Shown here: positions 37,530 to 47,229 of the stretch, piece by piece
How positions within the stretch are numbered: position 1 is the first letter of the stretch
How the letters are laid out: each line of letters opens with the position of its first letter
Source of the DNA: Fluviicola sp.
Lineage (GTDB): Bacteria > Bacteroidota > Bacteroidia > Flavobacteriales_D > Crocinitomicaceae
Assembly (NCBI RefSeq): GCF_029266855.1
Contig: NZ_JAQSWB010000002.1
Span: 544,106-608,105, forward strand
DNA length: 64,000 bases
Direction: 5' to 3'
Made by a program: the position numbers and the translations under genes
Notes under the pieces: model-generated
Databases searched by the model: none
Told to the model about the DNA's origin: nothing
What the model saw: only the letters and a program-made list of their open reading frames with translations

Positions 37530-39509
37530 CTAGTCAATTGTTTGGTTAAGCTTACTCATAAGAGACATTTTCACGCGTTCCAGAACAACTTGTTCCGACA
37601 ACAGATCTTGAAATTGCTCATCTGTAATATTTTCACCTAATTCTTGCAGTTCTGCAGTGATTTCTTTAATGCGGCTGAGAACATATTTTTTCTTATATCC
37701 ATAAATAGAGTTGATGACCAAAGGTTTTAACTTATCAAGCTCTCCATTTGTTTCTACATTATATTTCAGTAACCATTGCGGGCTTAACTCATGCTCATCA
37801 GTTTCGATTTCAGCAACCCATTTGGCGATTTCAGGGTCTTGGTGGCGAAGCCAATACGAAACCTTGTAAAGTGTCTTGGATGCTAATCCGTCCACAATCT
37901 GCTGATAAACTTTTTGAAAAAGAGGGAATTGGAATGCGATCTGATCTTTCGCTAATTCATGATTGATCAATTCGGCAACGCTCACTTCAACCGTGTGTGC
38001 CAATCCATGCTCATCAATGTGATCAGTAGTGATGGCAAAAACACCGTATTTCACCAAAACGCGCATCAATTCGAATTCCTGAATAGAATACGGGTGTTTT
38101 ACTTCCGTTGCAGTTGTAGCTTGTGGAGTTGGTTCTGTAAAGGTATCTGTGAGTGAAGGATTGGAAGCAATGAGCGGTTCATCCAGTTCCTTGGCAATAT
38201 TGCTCTTTCGAAGCTTGTTGAGTTCATTGATCACAATGCTCTCATCGAAGCCGAAAACACGTGCAATTTCACTCGTAAATACAGAACGTGTGATCTGATC
38301 AGGAATCAATGAGATGGATTGTACAACATCACGAATGATCTGCGCTTTCTGCAATGGGTCGTTATTCCCTTCTGCAAGAAGCATGGAAGTCTTGAAACTT
38401 ACAAAATCCTGAGTATTGGCTTTGATGAAATCCATCAATTCCGTCGTACTTACTTTTTTGGAGTAGGAATCCGGGTCGTCTCCATCAGGGAAAAGGACCA
38501 CTTTTACATTCATTCCTTCCTCTAAAATCAGATCGATTCCGCGGAAAGAGGCTTTGATTCCTGCTGCATCCCCATCATACAAAATGGTGATGTTCTGGGT
38601 GTAGCGTTTGATTAACCGGATCTGTTCCTTCGTAAGTGAAGTTCCGGAAGAAGCCACTGAGTTTGCTACACCTGCCTGGTGCATGGAGATGACATCTGTG
38701 TATCCTTCACAGAGAAAACAATTGTCGTATTTGATAATGTCTCCTTTTGCAAAGTACAATCCATACAAAATCTCACTTTTGTTGTAAATGATACTTTCCG
38801 GAGAGTTGAAGTATTTCGCTACTTTCTTATCCGTGATCAGAGTTCGTCCTCCAAAGCCTAATACACGACCTGAAATGGAGTGGATCGGGAACATCACACG
38901 GCCACGGAAGAAGTCAAAGCTGCGTTCTTCTTTCGTTCGGGTTAATCCAACAGATTCTAAATATTCCTTTTTATATCCCTTTCTTAAAGCTGCTTTGGTG
39001 AAATCATCACCCGAGTTCAAACAATATCCTAATTGGAATTTCTTAATGATATCAGCTCGGAATCCGCGTTCTTCGAAATAGGAGAGACCTATGTTCTGGC
39101 CTTCAGAATGTTCATGCATGTTCTGCATGAAGTGCTCCTTGGCAAATTCATTGATGATGTATAAGCTTTCCCGTTCGGTGATTACGGCCATCTCTTCCGC
39201 AGTTTGCGGTTTGTCTTCCGGAACCTGGATGCCGTATTTGTCTGCCAGCCATTTTAAGGCTTCCGGGTAGGAAAAGTGTTCTTTTTCCATGAGGAAACTA
39301 ACCACCGTTCCGCCTTTCCCGGAAGAAAAGCACTTGAAGATCTGTTTTGCAGGAGAAACCATGAAGGATGGTGATTTCTCATCTACAAAGGGGCTCAATC
39401 CTTTTAGGTTAGATCCTGATTTTTTTAAATTCACAAATTCCCCGATCACCTCTTCAATACGAGATGTCTGCATGATTTCATCAATAATATGCGGGGGAAT
39501 GCGTGACAT
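37530..39509 (-). CDS. dnaG: DNA primase
   Basis: N-terminal zinc-binding region (SPF..EKSPSF...FKCFSSG), RVMFPI, KYFNSPES, EGYTDVI, YDGDAAG TOPRIM motifs. Confidence 0.97.
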   Translation of the reverse strand: MSRIPPHIIDEIMQTSRIEEVIGEFVNLKKSGSNLKGLSPFVDEKSPSFMVSPAKQIFKCFSSGKGGTVVSFLMEKEHFSYPEALKWLADKYGIQVPEDKPQTAEEMAVITERESLYIINEFAKEHFMQNMHEHSEGQNIGLSYFEERGFRADIIKKFQLGYCLNSGDDFTKAALRKGYKKEYLESVGLTRTKEERSFDFFRGRVMFPIHSISGRVLGFGGRTLITDKKVAKYFNSPESIIYNKSEILYGLYFAKGDIIKYDNCFLCEGYTDVISMHQAGVANSVASSGTSLTKEQIRLIKRYTQNITILYDGDAAGIKASFRGIDLILEEGMNVKVVLFPDGDDPDSYSKKVSTTELMDFIKANTQDFVSFKTSMLLAEGNNDPLQKAQIIRDVVQSISLIPDQITRSVFTSEIARVFGFDESIVINELNKLRKSNIAKELDEPLIASNPSLTDTFTEPTPQATTATEVKHPYSIQEFELMRVLVKYGVFAITTDHIDEHGLAHTVEVSVAELINHELAKDQIAFQFPLFQKVYQQIVDGLASKTLYKVSYWLRHQDPEIAKWVAEIETDEHELSPQWLLKYNVETNGELDKLKPLVINSIYGYKKKYVLSRIKEITAELQELGENITDEQFQDLLSEQVVLERVKMSLMSKLNQTID

Positions 39510-39616
39510 GTTATTATATGTTCTTTAATCTGTGCTGCTACTGCTTGATTTTCATTAAAAGCTTTGCCGAGTCTTCACCAGCCATGGCTGGCTCTTGTCG
39601 AAAGCAATGCTTTCTC

Positions 39617-40036
39617 TTATTGGATAATTTCTTTGTTTCCGTAATCCTTTTCTGAAGCAAGGCTTCCGTCTTCTTTGTAGAATTTCCAAAGACCTGACTC
39701 AACATCCATGTTAAACTCACCGGTGTAACGCATAGCTCCGTTAGGGTAACGAACAAAAATGAAACCGTGTTTTTTTCCGTTTACATATTCTGTCATGGAA
39801 AGTTCATTTCCTCTTTCGTCGTAAAAGAACCAGCGGCCGTTTCTCTGGCTGTTGTCATCCTGTGGACCTTTAAATTTAATGGCTTTTCTCCCCGGATAAT
39901 ATTCCGTGTAAATTCCGTTTTTAATTTCAACCAGGTCGTCGGCAGTTTCTTTTTTGGGAGCTTTTTTCTCTTCTCCGCAGCTGCTCATCGTTAGCGAAAT
40001 AAGGGCAATAAAAATAAGACCAAAGATTTGTTTCAT
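39617..40036 (-). CDS. MORN-variant repeat (YwqK-like) lipoprotein
   Basis: Lipobox MSSC; repeats NGRWFFYDERG, HGFIFVRYPNG, SGLWKFYKEDG. Confidence 0.8.
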   Translation of the reverse strand: MKQIFGLIFIALISLTMSSCGEEKKAPKKETADDLVEIKNGIYTEYYPGRKAIKFKGPQDDNSQRNGRWFFYDERGNELSMTEYVNGKKHGFIFVRYPNGAMRYTGEFNMDVESGLWKFYKEDGSLASEKDYGNKEIIQ

Positions 40037-40127
40037 GATTGTTTTAATATTGGTTCAAAGGTAATTAAGTTTTGTCTTTTTTAGAACGTAAATTTTTGAT
40101 GATGCGTTGATTTGATGAATTGAAAAA

Positions 40128-40198
40128 TAATTATCAATTATAATTATCAAGGGAATTCTCACCTTATTAATTAAACCATTTATAATTGATAATTACTT
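40128..40198. repeat. AATTATCAA...ATAATTGATAATT palindromic element
   Basis: TAATTATCAATTATAATTATCAAG left end, ATAATTGATAATT right end. Confidence 0.5.
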
Positions 40199-41161
40199 AT
40201 CTCTCGTAACCGTATATTCCACCAAGCCGATCAACGCTCTTTTCGATTCCGAATCGGGAATGTCAGTTAACAGGTCGAGTGCTTCGGTCTTTAATTCGAT
40301 CATACGTTTGTGGGCATATTCAATTCCTCCGCCTTCGATCACCAGTTGAATGGCCCGATTCACATATTTCTTTTCCTCGTTGTGGTTTTTCACAATGTTC
40401 ATCAATTCCTTGCGAATTGCTTTCTCACTGTGTTGAAGTGCGTAAATAAGAGGCAGGGTCATTTTGCGTTCACGAATATCATTTCCGGTTGGTTTCCCGA
40501 TGTTTCCCGGAGTTCCGTAATCGAAAATATCATCTTTCACCTGGAAAGCAAGACCAACCAGTTCTCCGAACCTGCGCATGCGGTCTGCCATGTCTTCACG
40601 ATCAACGGATGCAGCAGCAGACTCACAAACCGTTGCAATTAAACTCGCTGTTTTTTGACGGATCACTTCGAAATAAACTTCTTCGGTAATATCGAGTTTC
40701 CGTGCTTTTTCAATTTGAAGCAATTCTCCTTCACTCATTTCACGAACAGCGCGTGCAACAATTTGAAGGGCACGTACATTGTCATTTTCGAGAGAATGGA
40801 GCAATACCCTGGAAAGCATGTAATCACCAACCAGAACAGCAATTTTATTCTTCCAAAGCGCATTCACGGAAAAGAAACCGCGACGCTCATTTGCATCATC
40901 CACTACGTCATCATGAACCAGTGTTGCTGTATGCAGTAATTCCACCAAAGAAGCGCTTTGATAGGTCTTTTCATTGATCTCTCCAAGCATTTTAGCTGTA
41001 AGGAACAAGAACATCGGTCGCATCTGCTTTCCTTTTCTCCGAATAATGTAATGGGTAATTTTATCCAGTAAGGGAACCTTTGATTTCATACTCTCATGGA
41101 AGCGAACCTCGAAGAGTTTCATTTCTGTCTCGATGGGCGCTAAAATCTCCTGAACTGTCAT
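40193..41161 (-). CDS. Polyprenyl diphosphate synthase (IspB-like)
   Basis: GKQMRP, LVHDDVVD..RRG, QKTASL, FQVKDD. Confidence 0.95.
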   Translation of the reverse strand: MTVQEILAPIETEMKLFEVRFHESMKSKVPLLDKITHYIIRRKGKQMRPMFLFLTAKMLGEINEKTYQSASLVELLHTATLVHDDVVDDANERRGFFSVNALWKNKIAVLVGDYMLSRVLLHSLENDNVRALQIVARAVREMSEGELLQIEKARKLDITEEVYFEVIRQKTASLIATVCESAAASVDREDMADRMRRFGELVGLAFQVKDDIFDYGTPGNIGKPTGNDIRERKMTLPLIYALQHSEKAIRKELMNIVKNHNEEKKYVNRAIQLVIEGGGIEYAHKRMIELKTEALDLLTDIPDSESKRALIGLVEYTVTRDK

Positions 41162-41182
41162 GAATACAAATGTACTTTAAAT

Positions 41183-41210
41183 TGAAAAGTGAAAAGTGAA
41201 AAGTGAAAAA
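41183..41210. repeat. Heptamer tandem repeat (TGAAAAG)x4
   Basis: Copies at 41183, 41190, 41197 and 41204 (last imperfect). Confidence 0.75.
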
Positions 41211-41322
41211 AATAGAGAATTGAATTAATAGACAACATTTTAAGAGGTAGGATAGAAGCTGAATCATTTAATTATCAAGTATGAGAATCTCTCTTGATAA
41301 TAATTGATAATTTTTCTTGACT

Positions 41323-42402
41323 CTAAACAGTTTTCAAAACCCGCTTATCGATCATCTTATTCTTATTGGCTAACTGCCCACAAGCTGCATCAATGTCTTT
41401 TCCGCGGCTGCGACGAACATTTACGATGAGGTTGCACTTTTCCTCCAAAAAGCGGGCGAAATCATCCACTTTCTGACGGTCAGCCTGTCTGTATTCTCCG
41501 TCATCGATCGGGTTGTATTCAATGATGTTGATCTTGCATGGAACTATTTTCGCGAAATCGGCCAATTCCCTGGCATCTTCCAATCCGTCGTTGAAGTCCT
41601 TAAAGATGATGTATTCGAAAGTAATGCGGGAACCCGTTTTCTCGTGGAAATACAACAAGGCTTCTGAAAGTGCTTCCAGGTTGTTGCTATCGTTGATATC
41701 CATGATTTTTGAACGCTTCACATCATTTGCTGCATGAAGGGATAGTGCCAGGTTGAATTTCACCTGGTCGTCGCCCAGCTTTTTGATCATTTTGGCAATC
41801 CCGGCTGTTGAAACGGTAATGCGTTTGGGAGACATTCCCAGGCCGTTCTCATCGGTGAGAATCTCCGTGCTGCGAACCACGTTCTTGTAATTCAGCAAAG
41901 GTTCTCCCATTCCCATGTATACAACATTGGAAAGGCTGGTGTTGTACTTATCTGTTGCCAGGTTTTTCAAATAAACTACCTGGTCCACGATTTCTCCTGC
42001 ACTGAGGTTGCGCATCATTTTCAGGCGGCCTGTTGCACAAAATGCACAGGATAAACTGCACCCGACCTGCGACGAGATACAAGCCGTCATCCGGGATGTT
42101 GTTGGAATGAGAACTCCTTCAATTACCTGGCTTTGTCCCTCAATTCCAAAAGCACATTTGATTGTTTTATCAACGGAAATTTGCTGATCTTCAACAGTGA
42201 TGCCGTCAAAATAAAAAGCTTCCCGGAGTTTTTCCTGCAAACTTTTTCCAATGTTTGCCATGTCATTGAAATCATGAACATTTTTCTTCCAGATCCAGTC
42301 GTAAACCTGTTTTGCACGAAATGCAGGTTCGCCGAATGCAACGATGGCTGCTTTCAGTTCTTCCGGGTTTAAATTTCTGATATTGATCAATTTGGATGAC
42401 AT
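41323..42402 (-). CDS. rlmN: 23S rRNA (adenine(2503)-C2)-methyltransferase / dual-specificity RNA methyltransferase
   Basis: CISSQVGCSLSCAFCATG radical-SAM motif, MGMGEP, DIDAACGQL. Confidence 0.97.
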   Translation of the reverse strand: MSSKLINIRNLNPEELKAAIVAFGEPAFRAKQVYDWIWKKNVHDFNDMANIGKSLQEKLREAFYFDGITVEDQQISVDKTIKCAFGIEGQSQVIEGVLIPTTSRMTACISSQVGCSLSCAFCATGRLKMMRNLSAGEIVDQVVYLKNLATDKYNTSLSNVVYMGMGEPLLNYKNVVRSTEILTDENGLGMSPKRITVSTAGIAKMIKKLGDDQVKFNLALSLHAANDVKRSKIMDINDSNNLEALSEALLYFHEKTGSRITFEYIIFKDFNDGLEDARELADFAKIVPCKINIIEYNPIDDGEYRQADRQKVDDFARFLEEKCNLIVNVRRSRGKDIDAACGQLANKNKMIDKRVLKTV

Positions 42403-42531
42403 GACTTACTTCAATGAGGGTACAACGTTTGCGCCAAAGTTTGTGCCATCGCTAAAGCTATTGGCGACATGCGATCAGCGACGGCGCAAAGATACGGTAC
42501 TTTTTTCTACGATCCTGGAAAAATCAAGAAC

Positions 42532-44400
42532 TTACAATTTTTTATAATCTTCGTAAAGTGTATTTAAGAAGTAAGAGCAATTCAATTGTTCTCGTTTGAA
42601 GTCGCTTTTAGAGTAAGTATCGTCGCCGATGATTTTCTGTTCCATGTAATAAGTGAAATTCCCTTTGTCGGTTCCCCAGCCGTAACCGCGGATAATCGAA
42701 TGGAAGGCAAATTGAGGAACTTTTGGGTTCATTAAGTCCTTGCTGTACGGATAACGTGCCGGTTTTCCTTTCATCTGGTAGATCAGAGTGGCTGCAATAT
42801 CTGCTTGAGATCCGACTGTACTCATGCGTTTTCCGCGGTAGGATTTTTTGATTGGTTCTCCGTAAAATAAAAGAGGAACGTGATAGAATTTCCCTCTTCC
42901 CGGATCAACGATTCCCGGTGCAGCATGCCCGTGATCCGCAACAAATACAAATAAGGTGTTTTTGTACCAGGGGTATTTCTTACAGTTTTTCATGAATTCT
43001 CCCAAACATTCGTCTGCATAAACCAGTGAATTCATGAAATCGGCTTCTTCACCCGTAAAGTGTTTTCCTTTTCCTTTTGGTTGATCATAAGGAGCATGTG
43101 TACTTCCTGTAAAAGCACATTGCAGGAAGGGTTTCTTATTCTGGTTGATTTCCCGGATAAGGAATTTGTAAAGATCGCGGTCAAAGAAATTTAGCTTTCC
43201 TCTTGGCAGGTCGGAAGGGAAATCCGCTTCGTCTTTTACTACATCGAATCCATGGTCCATAAAGTAACCGCCGATGTTTCCGTATTTCAGATCTCCGCTG
43301 AAAATGTACGAACTGTGATATCCCCAGGCTTCCATGTCTTCGTTCAGACAGTGAAGTTTTCGGTGCTTTTCGGGTTGCATGGATATGGAAACTTCTGGTA
43401 AGGTATAATGACCGCTGAAAATACTGGAGTTTCCTATTTCGGAAGTTGTTCCGGTTGCATAAATATTGGTGAAGAGTACTCCTTTTTCTGTTAGTTTGTC
43501 GAAATTCGGTGTTGCCCCTTTATTCGGGCTCAAACTGCCGATTGCTTCAGCTGACCATCCTTCCAAAACAATAAACACCACATTTGGCCTGTTGTTCTCA
43601 AGAAAGTAATTGGAATGTTCTCTTGGATAACTATACCATTCTTTAACTTTCTCACGGGCTACCTTTTTGTCTACCTTGGGAATAAAGGCATCAATTTCAG
43701 AACGATTATAAAGCAGGTAGCTTTTCCCGAAGAAATAGAGTGAGTTGATGGAAATATCATTTACAACTGCTTTGTTGGAATAGCTCGCCGCATTAATATT
43801 TAACGGGACGGGTTGAAAACCGCCTCTTAAGAACATGAAAAAGAAAAATCCGGCAATGGCATAAGTAACCGGAAGTGCAATCCATTCGAACCAATGCCTG
43901 ATATCTGCTTTCACAATTGGTTTTTTTGTGAAGAATTTTCTTGAAAGAAAGACGTATATCGCAAACTGGATCAGCGCATACAAAATATACCAGAAGATCA
44001 TGGAATAATTTGCGGTCCGTGCTACTTCATCCGGATGTGATAAATGCATGAATACTCTGGAAGTAAGCTTGTGATTCCATTCTCCGTAAGCAACGATTTC
44101 ACCTGCCTGGACTAAAACCAGGAAGACAATGAAAAGAACCAGTGAAATTCGAAACAAGCGCTTCCACCAGGTCCAATTACTGTAATAACTCATTAAACGG
44201 AACAAAAATGGAATGGTCGAAAGTACTGCTGCACTTGCTAAATCCAGGCGGAATGAATACACGAAGGTCAGTAACCATTCTCCGATACCGGCCTCTTTTA
44301 ATTTCCCGAAATGATGGATTGAAAATAGAATCCGGTGTATGTCAAAACAGACAATCCAGAAAAGAAGGAGCTTAAGTGCATCACGAAAAGGACGAAGCAT
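42532..44400 (-). CDS. LTA synthase family / sulfatase-like membrane protein
   Basis: 5 N-terminal TMs, PNVVFIVLEG, FVADHGH. Confidence 0.85.
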   Translation of the reverse strand: MLRPFRDALKLLLFWIVCFDIHRILFSIHHFGKLKEAGIGEWLLTFVYSFRLDLASAAVLSTIPFLFRLMSYYSNWTWWKRLFRISLVLFIVFLVLVQAGEIVAYGEWNHKLTSRVFMHLSHPDEVARTANYSMIFWYILYALIQFAIYVFLSRKFFTKKPIVKADIRHWFEWIALPVTYAIAGFFFFMFLRGGFQPVPLNINAASYSNKAVVNDISINSLYFFGKSYLLYNRSEIDAFIPKVDKKVAREKVKEWYSYPREHSNYFLENNRPNVVFIVLEGWSAEAIGSLSPNKGATPNFDKLTEKGVLFTNIYATGTTSEIGNSSIFSGHYTLPEVSISMQPEKHRKLHCLNEDMEAWGYHSSYIFSGDLKYGNIGGYFMDHGFDVVKDEADFPSDLPRGKLNFFDRDLYKFLIREINQNKKPFLQCAFTGSTHAPYDQPKGKGKHFTGEEADFMNSLVYADECLGEFMKNCKKYPWYKNTLFVFVADHGHAAPGIVDPGRGKFYHVPLLFYGEPIKKSYRGKRMSTVGSQADIAATLIYQMKGKPARYPYSKDLMNPKVPQFAFHSIIRGYGWGTDKGNFTYYMEQKIIGDDTYSKSDFKREQLNCSYFLNTLYEDYKKL

Positions 44401-44512
44401 GCGAGTTTAAATAGGGTACAAATTTAGAGCTTATTTCTTACGATGGTGATTTTGAAGTGCTTTTTTGATTCTTCTAAAGACTTTGAACTCTCCGCAGCTA
44501 AATCCTTTGGGA

Positions 44513-44938
44513 CGGATGAAGTCTAAGGCTCCGTCTCACTCGATCCGAAGCGATCATTTGTTTGATCTGCTTTGGTCAAGACGGAAAAGCCGAGGGACAT
44601 AACGTAGTAGCATAGGTACTCCGTCTTTCAAGCATGAATGAGCCATAATTGAAGCATAGATAAGAGTCCGCCGCGGCGGACGAAGACTGAGGCTCTGTCT
44701 CACAAGACAGAATATCCGAAGGACAGCGCTAGCGGACGAAGACTGAGGCTCTGTCTCACAAGACAGAATATCCGAAGGACAGCGCTAGCGGACGAAGACT
44801 AAGGCTCCGTCTCACTCGATCCGAAGCGATCATTTGTTTGATCTGCTTTGGTCAAGACGGAAAAAGCCGAGGGACATAACGTAGTTGTAGCGTAGGTACT
44901 CCGTCTTTCAAGCATGAATGAGCCATAATTGAAGCATA
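44513..44938. repeat. Mosaic repeat: two 135-139-bp direct repeats flanking two 56-bp tandem units, sharing a CGGA(C/T)GAAG(A/T)CT(G/A)AGGCTC(T/C)GTCTCAC anchor
   Basis: Anchors at 44513, 44676, 44732, 44788; long copies at 44524-44658 and 44800-44938. Confidence 0.9.
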
Positions 44939-45126
44939 AATATAGCATAGATATAGCGACGTTTGTATATTTATTTAACATTGTGAAGATGTATTTAACT
45001 ACATCAACTTCTCCCTTCGTTGGCGCGAGACTCTAGCTTGTGCCATTGCCTATTAGTTTCGTAATTCGGCATTGGCAATTGGTAAAAGTGTCAGTTTCTC
45101 TGTCAGCTTGTCGCTTTCTTTGGCTG

Positions 45127-45141
45127 TGGCAAGGTAGTTGA
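45127..45141 (+). promoter_or_regulatory. Possible sigma-54-like (-24/-12) promoter of grpE-dnaJ
   Basis: TGGCA-aggtag-TTGA has canonical TGGCA-N6-TTGC spacing with one mismatch; about 28 nt before the ATG. Confidence 0.3.
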
Positions 45142-45168
45142 CTTATCTGAGTCAAAAAATTGACAATA

Positions 45169-45738
45169 ATGGCAGAAGAAGTAGTTCAAAACGAGGAGTT
45201 TAACCAGGATTCTGATACGCAAAATCAGGATAATCAGGAGGGAACGGTGAACGAGCAGGTTGAAAACGCTGACAATTCGTCAGTAAATGCAGATGCGCCT
45301 TCAGCTGAAGATCAGATTGCGGCTTTAAATGACAAGTATTTGCGTTTGTATTCGGAGTTCGATAATTACCGTAAACGTACGAACAAAGAAAAGATCGAAT
45401 TGATCTCAACTGCCAGTGCGGGTGTATTGAAAGATATGTTATCTATCATGGATGACTTTGAACGTGCGATCGCTAATAATGAAAATTCGGAAGACATTTC
45501 TGCTGTAAAGGATGGTTTCAAACTGATCCACCACAAGCTTAGAAATTTACTGGAAGGTAAAGGATTAAAACAAATGGAGGCAAAACACCAGACTTTTGAT
45601 TCTGAGCTGCACGAAGCAATTGCAAATGTTCCGGCTCCGTCAGAAGATTTGAAAGGAAAGATTATTGATGACGTTGAAAAAGGGTATTACCTGAATGATA
45701 AAGTAATTCGTTTTGCAAAAGTAGTTGTAGGACAGTAA
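45169..45738 (+). CDS. grpE: Nucleotide exchange factor GrpE
   Basis: [42 protein letters not shown] 45169 (TTG 45160 also possible). Confidence 0.97.
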   Translation: MAEEVVQNEEFNQDSDTQNQDNQEGTVNEQVENADNSSVNADAPSAEDQIAALNDKYLRLYSEFDNYRKRTNKEKIELISTASAGVLKDMLSIMDDFERAIANNENSEDISAVKDGFKLIHHKLRNLLEGKGLKQMEAKHQTFDSELHEAIANVPAPSEDLKGKIIDDVEKGYYLNDKVIRFAKVVVGQ

Positions 45739-45758
45739 ATATTTCAGACCAAAAAAAC

Positions 45759-46871
45759 ATGGATAAAAGAGATTATTACGAAGTTCTTGGCATTTCAAAA
45801 AGTGCATCGGAAGCTGAAATAAAGAAAGCTTACCGCAAAATGGCTTTGAAATATCACCCCGATAAAAACCCGGGGGATGCCGAAGCGGAAGGGAAATTTA
45901 AGGAAGCTGCTGAAGCATACGAGGTACTTTCTGATGCAAATAAAAAGGCACGTTATGATCAATACGGTCATGCCGGATTAGGCGGAAATGGCGGATTCGG
46001 TGGCGGTATGAACATGGACGATATCTTCTCTCAATTCGGGGATATTTTCGGTGGAGCTTTTGGTGGCGGAAGTTTTGGCGGTTCAAGAGGAGGAGGTCAG
46101 CGTGTAGTGCGCGGAACCAATCTTCGCGTTAAAATGAAATTGACACTGGAGGAGATAGCAGAAGGTGTTACGAAGAAGATTAAAGTCAACAAGCTGGTAA
46201 ATGCTGATGGCGTAACATACAAAACGTGTGCATCTTGTAACGGAACAGGTAGAATCACGCGTGTAGCTCAAACGTTCTTAGGAGCAATGCAGACACAGTC
46301 TACGTGTAATACCTGTCAGGGTGCCGGTAAAATGATTGATCAAAAACCTTCTGATGCAGATAATCATGGATTGAAGCGACAAGAGGAGGTGATCGAAATT
46401 GAAATCCCGGCTGGGGTTGAAGAAGGGATGCAATTGAGTGTTTCCGGAAAAGGAAATGCCGGACCATTCAACGGAATCCCGGGAGACCTGATCGTTGTGA
46501 TCGAAGAACAGGCACATGAAGACCTTCGAAGAGATGGTGAACACTTGCATTATGAAGCATTTATAAATTTTGTCGATGCGGTTTTAGGTGAGACAATAGA
46601 GGTGCCGACTGTGAACGGAAAAGCTAAAATTAAGGTTGAGCCGGGAACTCAAAGCGGTAAGATGCTGCGTCTCAAAGGGAAAGGTTTACCGATTCTTCAG
46701 GGCTACGGGCATGGAGATTTGTTTGTACATATTAATGTTTGGACGCCGAAAAAAGTAAGCAGGGAAGAAAAAGAAATCCTGGAGAAATTGAAGGAAAGTG
46801 AAAACTTTAAACCAAGCCCCGGACAAAATGAAAAAGGATTTTTCCAGCGAATGAAAGATATGTTTCAATAA
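45759..46871 (+). CDS. dnaJ: Molecular chaperone DnaJ
   Basis: J domain with HPD, G/F region, two CxxCxGxG motifs, C-terminal domain. Confidence 0.97.
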   Translation: MDKRDYYEVLGISKSASEAEIKKAYRKMALKYHPDKNPGDAEAEGKFKEAAEAYEVLSDANKKARYDQYGHAGLGGNGGFGGGMNMDDIFSQFGDIFGGAFGGGSFGGSRGGGQRVVRGTNLRVKMKLTLEEIAEGVTKKIKVNKLVNADGVTYKTCASCNGTGRITRVAQTFLGAMQTQSTCNTCQGAGKMIDQKPSDADNHGLKRQEEVIEIEIPAGVEEGMQLSVSGKGNAGPFNGIPGDLIVVIEEQAHEDLRRDGEHLHYEAFINFVDAVLGETIEVPTVNGKAKIKVEPGTQSGKMLRLKGKGLPILQGYGHGDLFVHINVWTPKKVSREEKEILEKLKESENFKPSPGQNEKGFFQRMKDMFQ

Positions 46872-46888
46872 GTAGATTGAAATCAATG

Positions 46889-46920
46889 AAAGTCGTCTAA
46901 GAAATTGGACGGCTTTTTTT
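46889..46920 (+). terminator. Intrinsic terminator of grpE-dnaJ
   Basis: AAAGTCGTCTAA-gaaa-TTGGACGGCTTTTTTT. Confidence 0.75.
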
Positions 46921-47229
46921 ATTTCTTGTAAAGACAGATTTCACAAAATTGAGCCATCGCACAAAAAGATCTGCGGAAATCTATCTGATTTGCATGCTGA
47001 ATAATGACCATAATTAACTGTGTGAAAAGCTTGCTGGGACTGGGCTGTTCGCAATATCGCGAATTTGCAACCAGCTACTGAAATTCTGCCTTTTTGTCAA
47101 CTTCCATTGAACTCCAATTTTTAGTGCATTTTTTTTCAGTTCCAAGATCAAAATAACTCCCCCAAAAAGAATTTACCGACAATCCCCCCGAAAACACCGA
47201 ATAAAAATTCTTTTCATTAGATTTACCTG

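Noticed and set aside
39617-40036. Toxin-antitoxin module (YwqK-like)
   Set aside because: It is a lipoprotein with MORN-variant repeats and no neighbouring toxin gene.
28684-41312. Fur boxes (ATAATTGATAATT resembles GATAATGATAATCATTATC)
   Set aside because: The sites lie at gene 3' ends within larger palindromic elements and are not next to iron-related genes.
44513-44938. CRISPR array (about 28-bp anchor repeated four times)
   Set aside because: The intervening sequences are duplicates of each other (X,Y,Y,X) and of very unequal length; no cas genes.
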